Positions 25,573 through 34,481 of a stretch of DNA of 64,000 bases are shown here, one piece after another (position 1 is the stretch's first letter; each line of letters opens with the position of its first letter). The stretch is taken from the NCBI GenBank assembly GCA_041674705.1, contig JBAYVF010000001.1, positions 1,238 to 65,237 on the forward strand, read 5' to 3'. The notes below the pieces were generated by a model. The model was given only the letters and a program-made list of their open reading frames with translations. It was not told the DNA's origin and did no database searches. Source of the stretch: Candidatus Omnitrophota bacterium. GTDB lineage: Bacteria; Omnitrophota; Omnitrophia; Omnitrophales; Aquincolibacteriaceae. The translations under genes and the position numbers were made by a program.

Positions 25573-25959
25573 ATGAGAAAAATGATCGCGTTAATGTTGT
25601 TGGCTGTGCTTATGATGCCGCTGGCGGCGTCTCAGGTTTTGGCTGCGGACGAGACGGCGCAGGCCGGAATCCCAACGATTCCGGCACGCTCGCGTGGCCT
25701 TGACGGCCAGTCTTCGCAGACGGGGATCGTGGATGTCGGCAATAAGATCTGTCCGGTGATGGGGGGGCCGGTCAATGGAAAGGACTTCGTGGTTTATGAA
25801 GGCAAGCGGTACGGGCTTTGCTGTCCCGGATGCGACAAGACCTTCCTGAGCGATCCAGCCAAATACATCGCCAAAGTGAAAGCCGAAGAATCAGCGGTTG
25901 TGTCGGATGCTTCCAAGTCCGCCGAAATGGAAAAGGACATGGAGCAAGGAGATCTTTAG
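25573..25959 (+). CDS. Exported YHS/TRASH-type metal-binding domain protein
   Basis: SD GAGGAGG 8 nt upstream, signal peptide MRKMIALMLLAVLMMPLAASQVLA, YHS-like CPVMGGPVNGKDFVVYEGKRYGLCCPGC. Confidence 0.65.
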   Translation: MRKMIALMLLAVLMMPLAASQVLAADETAQAGIPTIPARSRGLDGQSSQTGIVDVGNKICPVMGGPVNGKDFVVYEGKRYGLCCPGCDKTFLSDPAKYIAKVKAEESAVVSDASKSAEMEKDMEQGDL

Positions 25960-26018
25960 CGCCGCATCATATTCGAAATTAGGGTATGCGGTGCAATACT
26001 GTTAACCCCTAAAATCAA

Positions 26019-27068
26019 ATGGAGAACAGTATAATGGACGAAAGGACGTGCTGTTCGACGGGAGATAAGAAAAAGCCGTGGTACCGGACCGGGCTTTTTC
26101 TTATCAGCGTCTTGACGCTCATGTTGTTGGGCACGTCCTTTCTTTTTCCCGCAATGGAAGGATTCCGCCGGATCTTCTGGGAATATGTCCGGATCATGTT
26201 CTGGCCGATCCTCGCCGGATTTTTTGTGGGCGGGTTGATCGATCATTACGTCCCCAAGGAATATATTTCGAAGCACCTGGCGGTCGCGCAAAAAAGAACG
26301 ATCTTCTACTCCGTGGGTTTTGGATTCCTCATGAGCGCCTGTTGCCACGGGATCCTGGCGATCTCCATGGAGATCCACAGAAAGGGCGCCTCAGGCCCCG
26401 CGGTCGTGAGCTTTCTTCTGGCGAGTCCCTGGGCGAACCTTCCCATCACGATCCTTTTGTTCGGGTTTTTCGGGGCCAAGGCATTTTTGATCGTCTTTGG
26501 CGCGCTTCTGATCGCCCTCACCACGGGATTTTCCCTGCAGGGCCTGGACAGGATCGGATGGATCGAGAAGAATCCGCACTCCGTGGTGGTCCATCCCGGT
26601 TTTTCGATCCGCGAGCACGTTGCGACAAGGCTTCGCAATCATGTTTGGAGCCATGAAAGTTTCCGGCATGCGGCGCGCGGGATCTGGAAGGGGATGACCG
26701 CGCTTGCGGCCATGGTCCTGCCGTGGGTCCTTATCGGAGTTCTTCTTGCCGGACTTGTTTCAGCCCTGGTGCCGGGTCATATTTTTCACCAATATTTCGG
26801 GCCGACGCTTTTGGGGCTTTTGGTGACGATGGGTGTGGCCACGCTCCTGGAAGTTTGCTCGGAAGGGACTTCGCCGCTCGCTTTCACGATCTATCAGCAG
26901 ACCGGCGCCTTCGGGAATGCCTTTGCATTTCTGATGGGGGGTGTGGTGACGGACGTGACCGAGATCGGCTTGGTGTGGAAAAATCTCGGGCCGAAGACCG
27001 CGCTTTGGATGCTCGCCATTAGCCTGCCGCAGGTGATTTTATTGGGATGGATACTCAACAAACTTTAG
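26019..27068 (+). CDS. Permease (PF03773/ArsP-like predicted permease family)
   Basis: Polytopic membrane protein with Cys-containing helices (SACCHGILA, LLEVCSEGTSPLA); paralogous in style to 39208-40221. Confidence 0.6.
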   Translation: MENSIMDERTCCSTGDKKKPWYRTGLFLISVLTLMLLGTSFLFPAMEGFRRIFWEYVRIMFWPILAGFFVGGLIDHYVPKEYISKHLAVAQKRTIFYSVGFGFLMSACCHGILAISMEIHRKGASGPAVVSFLLASPWANLPITILLFGFFGAKAFLIVFGALLIALTTGFSLQGLDRIGWIEKNPHSVVVHPGFSIREHVATRLRNHVWSHESFRHAARGIWKGMTALAAMVLPWVLIGVLLAGLVSALVPGHIFHQYFGPTLLGLLVTMGVATLLEVCSEGTSPLAFTIYQQTGAFGNAFAFLMGGVVTDVTEIGLVWKNLGPKTALWMLAISLPQVILLGWILNKL

Positions 27069-27160
27069 TACGGCGAAAGGGGTACGGCGTACGGAGTTAA
27101 AAACTCTTCGCAGAAAGACGCCCTTTCAAACTCGCCGTACACCGTACGCGGTACGCCGCA
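27068..27160. repeat. GTACGG-word palindrome, copy spanning the permease stop and the GT2 3-prime end
   Basis: gtacggcgaaaggggtacggcgtacggag ... ctcgccgtacaccgtacgcggtacgccgcac. Confidence 0.7.
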
Positions 27161-28049
27161 CCTCATCCGCTTCTTTCTCTTTTCCTCGCTTGAGCGCGCC
27201 CTCAATATAGATCTTTGCTTTTTCTTCCAACATTCGCCGCGCGGCGAAAGTCTGTTCCGGCGTGAGAATATTTTGCGAAAGGATTTTCGCCAGGGACCGG
27301 ATGCGGAATTGGTCCATGGCCGGGAATTCACGGGAGCGCTGGTCCGCGTGGCCGCCGTATTTCATAATGTAAGCTTTTTCGATCAGGCCGATCGGATGTT
27401 TCGCGGCGATCCGGAGCCACAGATCATAATCCTCGCAAGCCGGAAGGGATTCATCAAAAAGACCGACTTCGTCGAAGAGTTTCCGGTGCATCATAACGGC
27501 CGACGGGCTCACGACGCAAAGCGGCAGGCACTTCTCAAAAATAAAACCGCCAAACTTTCGGTGCTTCTTCATCGGGTTGACGCGCGTGCCGTTTCGGATC
27601 CAGATCTCCTCGGTCTGGCATATCAAATAATCCGGGTTTGCCCGAAAGAATTCCAGCTGGGCCTTGAGCTTGCCGGGTTTCCATTCATCATCCGAATCCA
27701 GGAATGCGATCCATTCGCCCTTCGCGTATTTAATCCCCGTATTGCGTGCTGCTGCCGGGCCAAGATTAGATTGACGCAAGTATTGAATTGGTAAGGCGTA
27801 CGGCGTACGGCGTACGGAGCCCGCGTTGATAGATTTTTCGCCGTACTCCGTACCCCGTACTCCGTACTCGGATGCTGTTGCGTCTGTCGATCCATCATCC
27901 ACAATGATCAGTTCAAAATCCGCGCTTTTTCCGCCAGAGGACGGATCCGTCCAGCGTTTTGTGTCGGATTGCGCAAGGACGGAATCGATCGCGCGGGGCA
28001 GGACCGCTGCACGGTTGTAAGTGGGGATGATCACGCTGATAGAATTCAT
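27126..28049 (-). CDS. Family 2 glycosyltransferase carrying an in-frame repeat insertion
   Basis: ISVIIPTYNR, IVDDGSTD, AAARNTGI, AFLDSDDEW. There are about 25 extra residues (SEYGVRGTEYGEKSINAGSVRRTPYALP) between DGSTD and ARN, encoded by the 27791-27870 palindrome. Confidence 0.85.
   Translation of the reverse strand: MNSISVIIPTYNRAAVLPRAIDSVLAQSDTKRWTDPSSGGKSADFELIIVDDGSTDATASEYGVRGTEYGEKSINAGSVRRTPYALPIQYLRQSNLGPAAARNTGIKYAKGEWIAFLDSDDEWKPGKLKAQLEFFRANPDYLICQTEEIWIRNGTRVNPMKKHRKFGGFIFEKCLPLCVVSPSAVMMHRKLFDEVGLFDESLPACEDYDLWLRIAAKHPIGLIEKAYIMKYGGHADQRSREFPAMDQFRIRSLAKILSQNILTPEQTFAARRMLEEKAKIYIEGALKRGKEKEADEVRRTAYGVRRV
27791..27870. repeat. GTACGG-word palindrome inside the GT2 coding sequence
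   Basis: ggcgtacggcgtacggcgtacggag ... ctccgtaccccgtactccgtactcgg. The ORF stays open across it. Confidence 0.8.
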
Positions 28050-28133
28050 ACCGAATTATAACATGAGACGCCTTTACGGCTATCCGCTTCGGCGGGACAT
28101 TGACAGCCCGGGCGCGAGGTTTATACTACCGCC

Positions 28134-29168
28134 ATGGGGAATCTGCCGGGCAAGGAGCCCATCTTCAAGAGTAAGAGCGTCACCGAAGTCCTCTCCGCTT
28201 TTTTTGTCTTTTTTTGCGCCCTTCTGATCTTTTATCTGGATGCCTTCGTTGGCGGAAAGATCTCCTTTTACATTTTTTATTTTCCTTCCATTGCAGCCAT
28301 GGCATGGTATTTCGGGAGGATCGCCGGTTGGTCCACAGTGGTTTTATGCTCCGTTTTGTGGTTTGTGAAACAATGGGACCTGAAATTCGAAGAGGCCAGC
28401 GTCCTCGTGTTCTGGAATGGCATGATCTGCCTGACCAGTTTTTGTGTTATTTGCTGGATGACCCTTGCGATCCGGCACGGACAGATCAAACTCAGGGAAA
28501 GGTCCCAGGAGCTTGAAGAGTTTGCTTTCAAGGCAGCCCATGAGCTCACATCTCCCACCGCGAACATTTTGGGGTATACCGAATTGCTGGACGAGCAATT
28601 TCCCCAGGATGCGGATCCGAAGGTGAAGAGTTTCGTAAAAAGCATTTTTCAAAACGTGCAACGCATGATGGTCCTGATCAAGGAGCTTTTAGATTATGCC
28701 AGGGTCGGGAAGCGGGATGCCGGCGCGTCTCCGCTGGATCTCGGGGAATCCCTGAAGGAGACGCTCGAAATTCTTTCTTTTGCTATTTCAGAAAAGAAGG
28801 CGGAAATCCTGGTGGATCCTTTACCGACGCTCATGATCAATCCCGGGCTTGCGGGGTTGCTTTTCCAGAACCTGATCGGCAATGCGATGAAATATTGCGA
28901 AAGGGAACCGCGTATCCGCGTTTCCGCCGTTCGTAAAGGAAAAGAATGGCTTTTTTCGGTTAAAGACAACGGGATCGGGATCCCCGCCGAAGATCGCGAA
29001 CGTGTTTTTCTTATGTTTGAAAAATTGCCGACCCGGCGTCAATATCCCGGTTCGGGGATCGGCCTCGCCACCTGCCAAAAGATCGTCGCGAATTACGGGG
29101 GAGACATTTGGGTTGAGTCAAAACCCGGGGAAGGCTCGGCTTTCTTTTTTACGCTTCCCGCCGAGTAA
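28134..29168 (+). CDS. Membrane sensor histidine kinase
   Basis: 4 TM helices, H-box AAHELTSPT, N-box LIGNAMKYC, G1 DNGIGI, G2 GSGIGLATCQKI. Confidence 0.88.
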   Translation: MGNLPGKEPIFKSKSVTEVLSAFFVFFCALLIFYLDAFVGGKISFYIFYFPSIAAMAWYFGRIAGWSTVVLCSVLWFVKQWDLKFEEASVLVFWNGMICLTSFCVICWMTLAIRHGQIKLRERSQELEEFAFKAAHELTSPTANILGYTELLDEQFPQDADPKVKSFVKSIFQNVQRMMVLIKELLDYARVGKRDAGASPLDLGESLKETLEILSFAISEKKAEILVDPLPTLMINPGLAGLLFQNLIGNAMKYCEREPRIRVSAVRKGKEWLFSVKDNGIGIPAEDRERVFLMFEKLPTRRQYPGSGIGLATCQKIVANYGGDIWVESKPGEGSAFFFTLPAE

Positions 29169-29262
29169 AGCAGAGCGCGCTTTTCGCGCGGGTTCGGAGT
29201 GGTTTATTTTCCATTCTTCAGTATAATTCCCTTCTCGGTCGACTGACGGAAAGTTCTGGAAG

Positions 29263-30753
29263 ATGAAAAAAAAGAACGGCAAAAAACTCAAGATCTTGTT
29301 TGCGGCTTCGGAAGCGGTGCCCTTTATCAAGACGGGCGGCCTCGGCGATGTGTGCGGGGCGTTGCCCAAGATCCTGAAGAAACTTGGGCATGATGTCCGG
29401 CTTGTCCTGCCGCGCTATTGGTCTATCAGCAAAGAAAAGCATGGCTTAAAGCCCATCCTGGGGCCGATGGGCGTCCCGACCGGTAACGGGATCATGTGGT
29501 GCCAAGTTCTCGAGGGAAAATCAGACGGATTTCCGGTCTATTTTATCGAGCATGAAAGTTATTTTGGCCGCGCCGGGCTTTATGATGACGGCAATTGGGA
29601 ATTCGCGGACAATCCCGAACGTTTCGGTTTTTTTTCGCGCGCCTGCCTCCAACTTTGTCAGGACCTGAAGTTTCAGCCCGACATCATCCATTGCCACGAC
29701 TGGCAGACCGCGCTCGTTGCGCCTTACTTAAAGATCTGGGAGCAGCACAATCCATTTTTTGCCGGGACCGCGAGCGTTTTCTCGATCCACAACATTGCGT
29801 ACCAAGGGACTTTCAGGGCTGATGCCTACGGATTTCTCGGGCTCGGCCGCGACAATTTCATCGACGCCAAGTTCGAGAATTTCGGCGGCATCAATTTCAT
29901 GAAGGGTTCGGTTTTCTATGCCGACGCCATCACGACCGTCAGCCCCACGTATGCCAAAGAGATCCTCGGCGAACCCGGAGCGAACGGACTTTCGACCTAT
30001 GTCCAGCGCCGGAAAGAGGATCTTTACGGGATCCTGAATGGTGTGGATTATGATCACTGGAATCCGGAAACGGATGAACTCATTCCGGCGAATTATTCCC
30101 GCCACGACATGTCGGGGAAAAAGATCTGCAAAAAAGCGCTTCAAAAAGAATTTCTTCTGAACCCCAAGGGGAATCTTCCCATCATAGGGATCGTCTCGCG
30201 GTTCGCGGATCAGAAAGGTTTCCAGCATTTAATGCTTGTGATGCACCGTATCCTGCGCGATATGGCGGTCCAATTCGCCATTATCGGGAGCGGGGACAAG
30301 GCGCAAGAAGATTTTTTCGGAGGGCTGCCTGCGCTTTATCCCGGCAAGGTGGGAGCCTGGATCGGCTACAACGAAGGTAAGGCGCACCGCATCGAAGCCG
30401 GCGCCGATTTTTTTCTCATGCCGTCGCTTTATGAGCCGTGCGGTCTTAATCAGATCTACAGTTTGAAATACGGGACGCTTCCGATCGCGCGGGCGACCGG
30501 TGGGCTGAAGGACACGATCATTCCGTACGATGAAAAAAGCGGTTTCGGGACCGGTTTTCTTTACTACCAGGGAACTCCGGCCGCGGTCTACGACACGGTC
30601 GGCTGGGCAGTGAGCACGTATTATGACCGCCCCGAGCATATGGAACTGATGCAAAAACGCGCCATGATCCAGCATTTCTCCTGGATGGACGCTGCCCAAA
30701 AATACGAAGACGTCTACGAAAAAGCCCTTCTCCGCCGCGAAAATTGGCAGTAA
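29263..30753 (+). CDS. glgA: Glycogen synthase (paralog 1)
   Basis: FAASEAVPFIKTGGLGDV, HCHDWQTAL, SRFADQKG, EPCGLNQ. Confidence 0.92.
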   Translation: MKKKNGKKLKILFAASEAVPFIKTGGLGDVCGALPKILKKLGHDVRLVLPRYWSISKEKHGLKPILGPMGVPTGNGIMWCQVLEGKSDGFPVYFIEHESYFGRAGLYDDGNWEFADNPERFGFFSRACLQLCQDLKFQPDIIHCHDWQTALVAPYLKIWEQHNPFFAGTASVFSIHNIAYQGTFRADAYGFLGLGRDNFIDAKFENFGGINFMKGSVFYADAITTVSPTYAKEILGEPGANGLSTYVQRRKEDLYGILNGVDYDHWNPETDELIPANYSRHDMSGKKICKKALQKEFLLNPKGNLPIIGIVSRFADQKGFQHLMLVMHRILRDMAVQFAIIGSGDKAQEDFFGGLPALYPGKVGAWIGYNEGKAHRIEAGADFFLMPSLYEPCGLNQIYSLKYGTLPIARATGGLKDTIIPYDEKSGFGTGFLYYQGTPAAVYDTVGWAVSTYYDRPEHMELMQKRAMIQHFSWMDAAQKYEDVYEKALLRRENWQ

Positions 30754-30756
30754 ATT

Positions 30757-30840
30757 TCCACGCACCACGTACCACGATCCAAGGGCCACGTTTTTTGAGG
30801 CGGATTTTCCGTGGCCCGTGGGGCGTGCATCGTGGATCGG
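30757..30840. repeat. CCACG/CGTGG-word palindrome
   Basis: ccacgcaccacgtaccacgatccaagggccacg - loop - cgtggcccgtggggcgtgcatcgtggatcgg, immediately after the glgA stop. Confidence 0.75.
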
Positions 30841-30879
30841 CCGAAGGCGGGCGTTGCGCGTTGCGTGAAAGTGAGTAGA

Positions 30880-31722
30880 ATGCCCCCTATGGATCCCAAG
30901 ACACCTCATTTCAACGAGTCGCCTACCGTGACTAGGACCAAGATTGAGCAAGCGTTTGCTCTGGAACGCGACGCGCATCGTTTCCGGAGTGAAGGCAAGA
31001 TCGACCAGGCATTCCAGACCTTTGATCAGGCCGCCAAACTTTTTCAGGAGGCCCATGAGCCACTTAAGGCCGCGGTTTGTTTTTCATCGGCTGCGACGTG
31101 CTGGAATATCCACACCGGCTGGCAGCCGCTCCGCAATGCCGCCACGCGTAACGAATCCGCCGCCCTTCAGGCCCTTGTGGCTCAGGACTACGCTTATGCG
31201 GAAACGCTTTTCAGCGAAGCCGCGCTCCTCTATGAAAAAGAGGGGGATTTCACAAAATATTCCTATTGTTACCGGCGCGCCAAGGACGTCCGGCTCGCTC
31301 GTTTGTGGAAAACCTTTATGCGGACAGCGGGGCAAAGTTCCCATGCGATCGGTCTTCGAGCGGTTTCATGGAAGGAGCGGGTATTCGCTATGGCAAGCTG
31401 GGTTTTCGGTTCGCTGAACCGGGTGGTTTGGGGATACGGAGAAATGCCTTTCCGGACCTTCGGGATCGCGTGCGGCGTTATTGTTATCAGCGCTTTCTGT
31501 TATTATATTTCCGGCATGGTCCTGACCGGAGGATTCGTGCAGAAGATCGATCTTTTCGAATCTCTCTATCTGAGCATTGTCACTTACACGACCGTGGGCT
31601 ATGGGGATTATCTCCCGATGGGTTGGATCCGCGCCGTTGCGGCGCTCGAAGCTCTCCTAGGCGTTCTGCTCACACCTCTTTTCCTGATCTCGCTGACCCG
31701 TCGCTATCTCCGGACCCGATAA
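30880..31722 (+). CDS. Potassium channel protein (2-TM pore domain) with an N-terminal helical-repeat cytoplasmic domain
   Basis: Selectivity filter TTVGYGD between two TM helices. The start is taken at MPPMDPK because the earlier track codons overlap the palindrome. Confidence 0.75.
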   Translation: MPPMDPKTPHFNESPTVTRTKIEQAFALERDAHRFRSEGKIDQAFQTFDQAAKLFQEAHEPLKAAVCFSSAATCWNIHTGWQPLRNAATRNESAALQALVAQDYAYAETLFSEAALLYEKEGDFTKYSYCYRRAKDVRLARLWKTFMRTAGQSSHAIGLRAVSWKERVFAMASWVFGSLNRVVWGYGEMPFRTFGIACGVIVISAFCYYISGMVLTGGFVQKIDLFESLYLSIVTYTTVGYGDYLPMGWIRAVAALEALLGVLLTPLFLISLTRRYLRTR

Positions 31723-31749
31723 AACACATAATCCTGCAAGGAGAAATTC

Positions 31750-32322
31750 ATGAGCCGTATCCAACCGTTAGACCCGGAAAAAGCGCAAGGGAAGACCCAG
31801 GAACTTCTGGCTATGATCAAGGCGAAGTCGGGCCGCGTTCCCAATATCCTCAAGACCATGGCCCATTCACCGGTGGCGCTTCAGGCCTATCTTGGGCTGA
31901 CCGGAGCTTTTGCCGATGCGAAATTGCCTCTCAAGATTCGCGAGCAGATCTCGCTTGCGGTGGGGGAAGACAATCAATGCGGTTACTGCGTTGCCGCGCA
32001 TTCGGCGATCGGGAAGCACGCGGGGCTTACGCCCGAAGAGATCGAAGCGGGGCGCCGGGCCAAGTCCCCGGATCCCAAAACGGATGCGATCCTCAAATTT
32101 GCTAAAAAACTTTCGGCGAACCGGGGAAATATCACAGACGGTGAGTTGGCAGAAGCCCGGAAGGCGGGTTGTTCGGATGAAGAGATCTTCGAGATCATTA
32201 CCGCCGTTTCGCTCAATCTCTTCACCAATTATGTGAACCATGTGGCGGATACCGCGATCGATTTTCCCCAGGTGCCGCCGCTCGTCCCGCCTGTGAGGCG
32301 GGAAAATCCGAATATCGAATAA
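31750..32322 (+). CDS. Carboxymuconolactone decarboxylase / AhpD-like alkylhydroperoxidase family protein
   Basis: Conserved CxxC in NQCGYCVAAHS; family-typical length and helices. Confidence 0.75.
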   Translation: MSRIQPLDPEKAQGKTQELLAMIKAKSGRVPNILKTMAHSPVALQAYLGLTGAFADAKLPLKIREQISLAVGEDNQCGYCVAAHSAIGKHAGLTPEEIEAGRRAKSPDPKTDAILKFAKKLSANRGNITDGELAEARKAGCSDEEIFEIITAVSLNLFTNYVNHVADTAIDFPQVPPLVPPVRRENPNIE

Positions 32323-32440
32323 CGAAGCACGAAATAAATTCAAAGTTCAAATGCCCCAACGCTTCGAAACGGGTTGCTTCGTATTTCGAATTTTGAGAAT
32401 TGGAATTTGTTTCGGAATTCGGGTTTCGAGCTTCGGATTT
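32305..32440. repeat. CGAA/TTCG-word palindrome
   Basis: aatccgaatatcgaataacgaagcacgaaataaattcaaa ... gcttcgtatttcgaattttgagaattggaatttgtttcggaattcgggtttcgagcttcggattt. Confidence 0.7.
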
Positions 32441-32484
32441 ATAAGGCGTAAAAATCGAGGAACCTAGAGATCAGGGCGGATGCT

Positions 32485-33063
32485 ATGGAACAGCTTAAAA
32501 ATCTTGATTCGCTCACACTGCGCGAAAAGAAAAAATACGCCGGAATTCCGACGATCTGGAAATTAAAGCCGGTTTGCTGTCTTTCGGATATCTCGGAAGA
32601 GGAATTCTATTACGCGGCCGCGGAGGGCGGAGCGGTTTCAGATCTGGCCGCTTTTCGAAAATCCCACACGTTCACACTTTATCTTCTCAACAAAAAAGGT
32701 GAGCAGATCCTTTCTTTCAAGAAACACGCCGGGATTTTTGCAAACAAGATGGAGGTCTTTGACGCAGCGGAAGATCTCCTCGGTTCGGTTCAGAGACACG
32801 GGTCTTCGAAAACACACTTTCAAATCCTGGATGCCGGCGGGCAGGTTCTTTATGAGATCGAAGGTCCGTCCGTGGATCCCGAGACTTTTCATATCCGGAA
32901 AGCCGATGCCACGGTGGGGAAGATCAGTAAACGGCCGACCCGGATCGCGGAAGAAGGAGTGTCCAGTAACGACCACTTCGGGATCGTGTTCCCGTTCGCT
33001 GCCGACGCGTCAGAAAAAAGCATTCTCCTGGGCGCCCTTTTCCTGATCGACCTGTCCTTTTAG
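32485..33063 (+). CDS. Phospholipid scramblase-family (tubby-like fold) protein
   Basis: Repeated beta-hairpin pattern (FTLYLLNKKGEQILSFKK..., FQILDAGGQVLYEIEGP..., FHIRKADATVGKISK) and a C-terminal helix DASEKSILLGALFLIDLSF resembling the scramblase terminus. Confidence 0.55.
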   Translation: MEQLKNLDSLTLREKKKYAGIPTIWKLKPVCCLSDISEEEFYYAAAEGGAVSDLAAFRKSHTFTLYLLNKKGEQILSFKKHAGIFANKMEVFDAAEDLLGSVQRHGSSKTHFQILDAGGQVLYEIEGPSVDPETFHIRKADATVGKISKRPTRIAEEGVSSNDHFGIVFPFAADASEKSILLGALFLIDLSF

Positions 33064-33215
33064 GACAGTATGTCATAGGCCGTATGTCGAAAGACAGTAT
33101 GTGGAAAATAGTAGGTAGTAGGTAGAAAAACCCTAAGGATTTCATTCGGAAATTTGAAGCGACATAACGCATACGGCTTTCTGCTTTTCCACCTACTACA
33201 TACTACCTATCACCT
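33061..33215. repeat. Composite structured repeat built from GTATGTC and GTAGGTA words
   Basis: gacagtatgtcataggccgtatgtcg...gtggaaaatagtaggtagtaggtag ... cgacataacgcatacgg...ttttccacctactacatactacctatcacctacc. Confidence 0.6.
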
Positions 33216-33265
33216 ACCATTTTGCGATGCTTGCAACTCGCAAAGAGATTCATTAGTATCTTGCC

Positions 33266-34474
33266 ATGAGCGATCCTGAAAAACCGTATCAAGCGGCGCA
33301 TGAGCTTGGCCGCGTCTACGACTCGATCACGGACAGCAAAGTCCTCACCGAATTTTTTCTGACCACCCTCACTCGATTTATCCCCGCGCGGCAAAGCTAT
33401 CTTTTTCTCGCGACCCGGAACAAAACTCTTTTGCTTGAGGCCGCGGTTCCGCTCGCTCAGGAAGCGCCGGCGGATCTTGGGGGCGACGCTCAAAAAATAT
33501 TTGGAGATGGAAAACCCGGCGTATTGAAAGGCCGGATGTTTCTTCCCTTGATCGCCCGGAACAGCGTCATGGGTATCGCGTGCCTTGAAAGAGCGGCCGA
33601 CGCGCCTGTTTTTACTCCCCAGGAGGTTGAGATCGGGTTCGATCTGGCCTCGGAATTTTCCGGCGCGCTCAAGAACATCCTTCTTTTTGAAGAAAATATC
33701 AAAATGGAACGCCTGGCTGCGGTCGGGCAAGCGATGGGGATGGTGGTTCATGAGATCAAGAACATCATGCAGCTTGCGCGTTTCTCCGACGAAATGACCC
33801 GCATGGGGATCAAGGAAAAGAACGAAAAATTTCTCACGACCGGGCTCTCCAAAATGGCCAAGACGTTAAAGGAGATGGACGGGTTCATCTGGGAGATGTT
33901 GAGCCTGACGAAAGACTATCAACTGGAGCCCGAAAAAGTGGACTTGGCCGCGATCCTGGCAGAACTCCAAAGCGATCTCGCGGAGCGGGCGGAAGGCTAT
34001 CACATCAAGCTTGATTTTAAAGCGGTCCCAATACCAATCAATCGAAACGAAGTTGAGATTGGGGCCGTCCCGGCTACCGTTACGGAAAAGAATGTAAAAG
34101 CCGGGATGGATCCGGGGTTTCCGGTCGTGGAAGGGGACGGGCGCTCTCTTTATCGCGCGCTTCTGAATCTTGTCAAAAACGCCTTCGAAGCTTTCCAAAA
34201 CAAAAAAGACGCCTGCATCAAGATCCGCGCCCGGATCAAGGACGATGAGCATTATGAACTGATCGTGGAGGACAACGCTTGCGGGATGACCGAGGAAGTG
34301 AAAGCAAAGCTTTTCGAGGCGTTTTTTTCCACCAAGGGAAAGCGCGGGACCGGACTGGGGCTCATGGTCGTGGCCCGCACCGCGAAAATGCATCAGGGCA
34401 CGGTTAAAGTCGAGAGCCAGCTCGGGGTCGGGACGAAATTTATTCTTACTTTGCCGCGAACTTTTGCGAAATAA
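33266..34474 (+). CDS. GAF-domain sensor histidine kinase carrying an in-frame repeat insertion
   Basis: GAF-like N-terminal half, H-box-like VVHEIKNIM, N-box LLNLVKNAFEAF, G1 DNACGM, G2 GTGLGLMVV. The extra segment PIPINRNEVEIGAVPATVTEKNVKAGM sits just before the N-box. Confidence 0.85.
   Translation: MSDPEKPYQAAHELGRVYDSITDSKVLTEFFLTTLTRFIPARQSYLFLATRNKTLLLEAAVPLAQEAPADLGGDAQKIFGDGKPGVLKGRMFLPLIARNSVMGIACLERAADAPVFTPQEVEIGFDLASEFSGALKNILLFEENIKMERLAAVGQAMGMVVHEIKNIMQLARFSDEMTRMGIKEKNEKFLTTGLSKMAKTLKEMDGFIWEMLSLTKDYQLEPEKVDLAAILAELQSDLAERAEGYHIKLDFKAVPIPINRNEVEIGAVPATVTEKNVKAGMDPGFPVVEGDGRSLYRALLNLVKNAFEAFQNKKDACIKIRARIKDDEHYELIVEDNACGMTEEVKAKLFEAFFSTKGKRGTGLGLMVVARTAKMHQGTVKVESQLGVGTKFILTLPRTFAK
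34027..34109. repeat. 83-bp element, copy 1 (inside the histidine kinase CDS)
   Basis: cccaataccaatcaatcgaaacgaagttgagattggggccgtcccggctaccg...cgggatgg. About 85 percent identical by eye to 47220-47302. Confidence 0.85.
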
Positions 34475-34481
34475 AAGTAAG

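Noticed and set aside
30229-31056. 275-aa minus-strand ORF spanning the glgA 3-prime end, the CCACG palindrome and the channel gene 5-prime end
   Set aside because: It overlaps two well-supported plus-strand genes and a repeat, and has no motif. The same reasoning applies to 48060-48920 (antisense to trmI), 34956-35939 (antisense to the PP2C gene), 9917-10636 (antisense to the DEAD-box gene), 53234-54100 (antisense to tgt) and 59722-60648 (antisense to glgA2).
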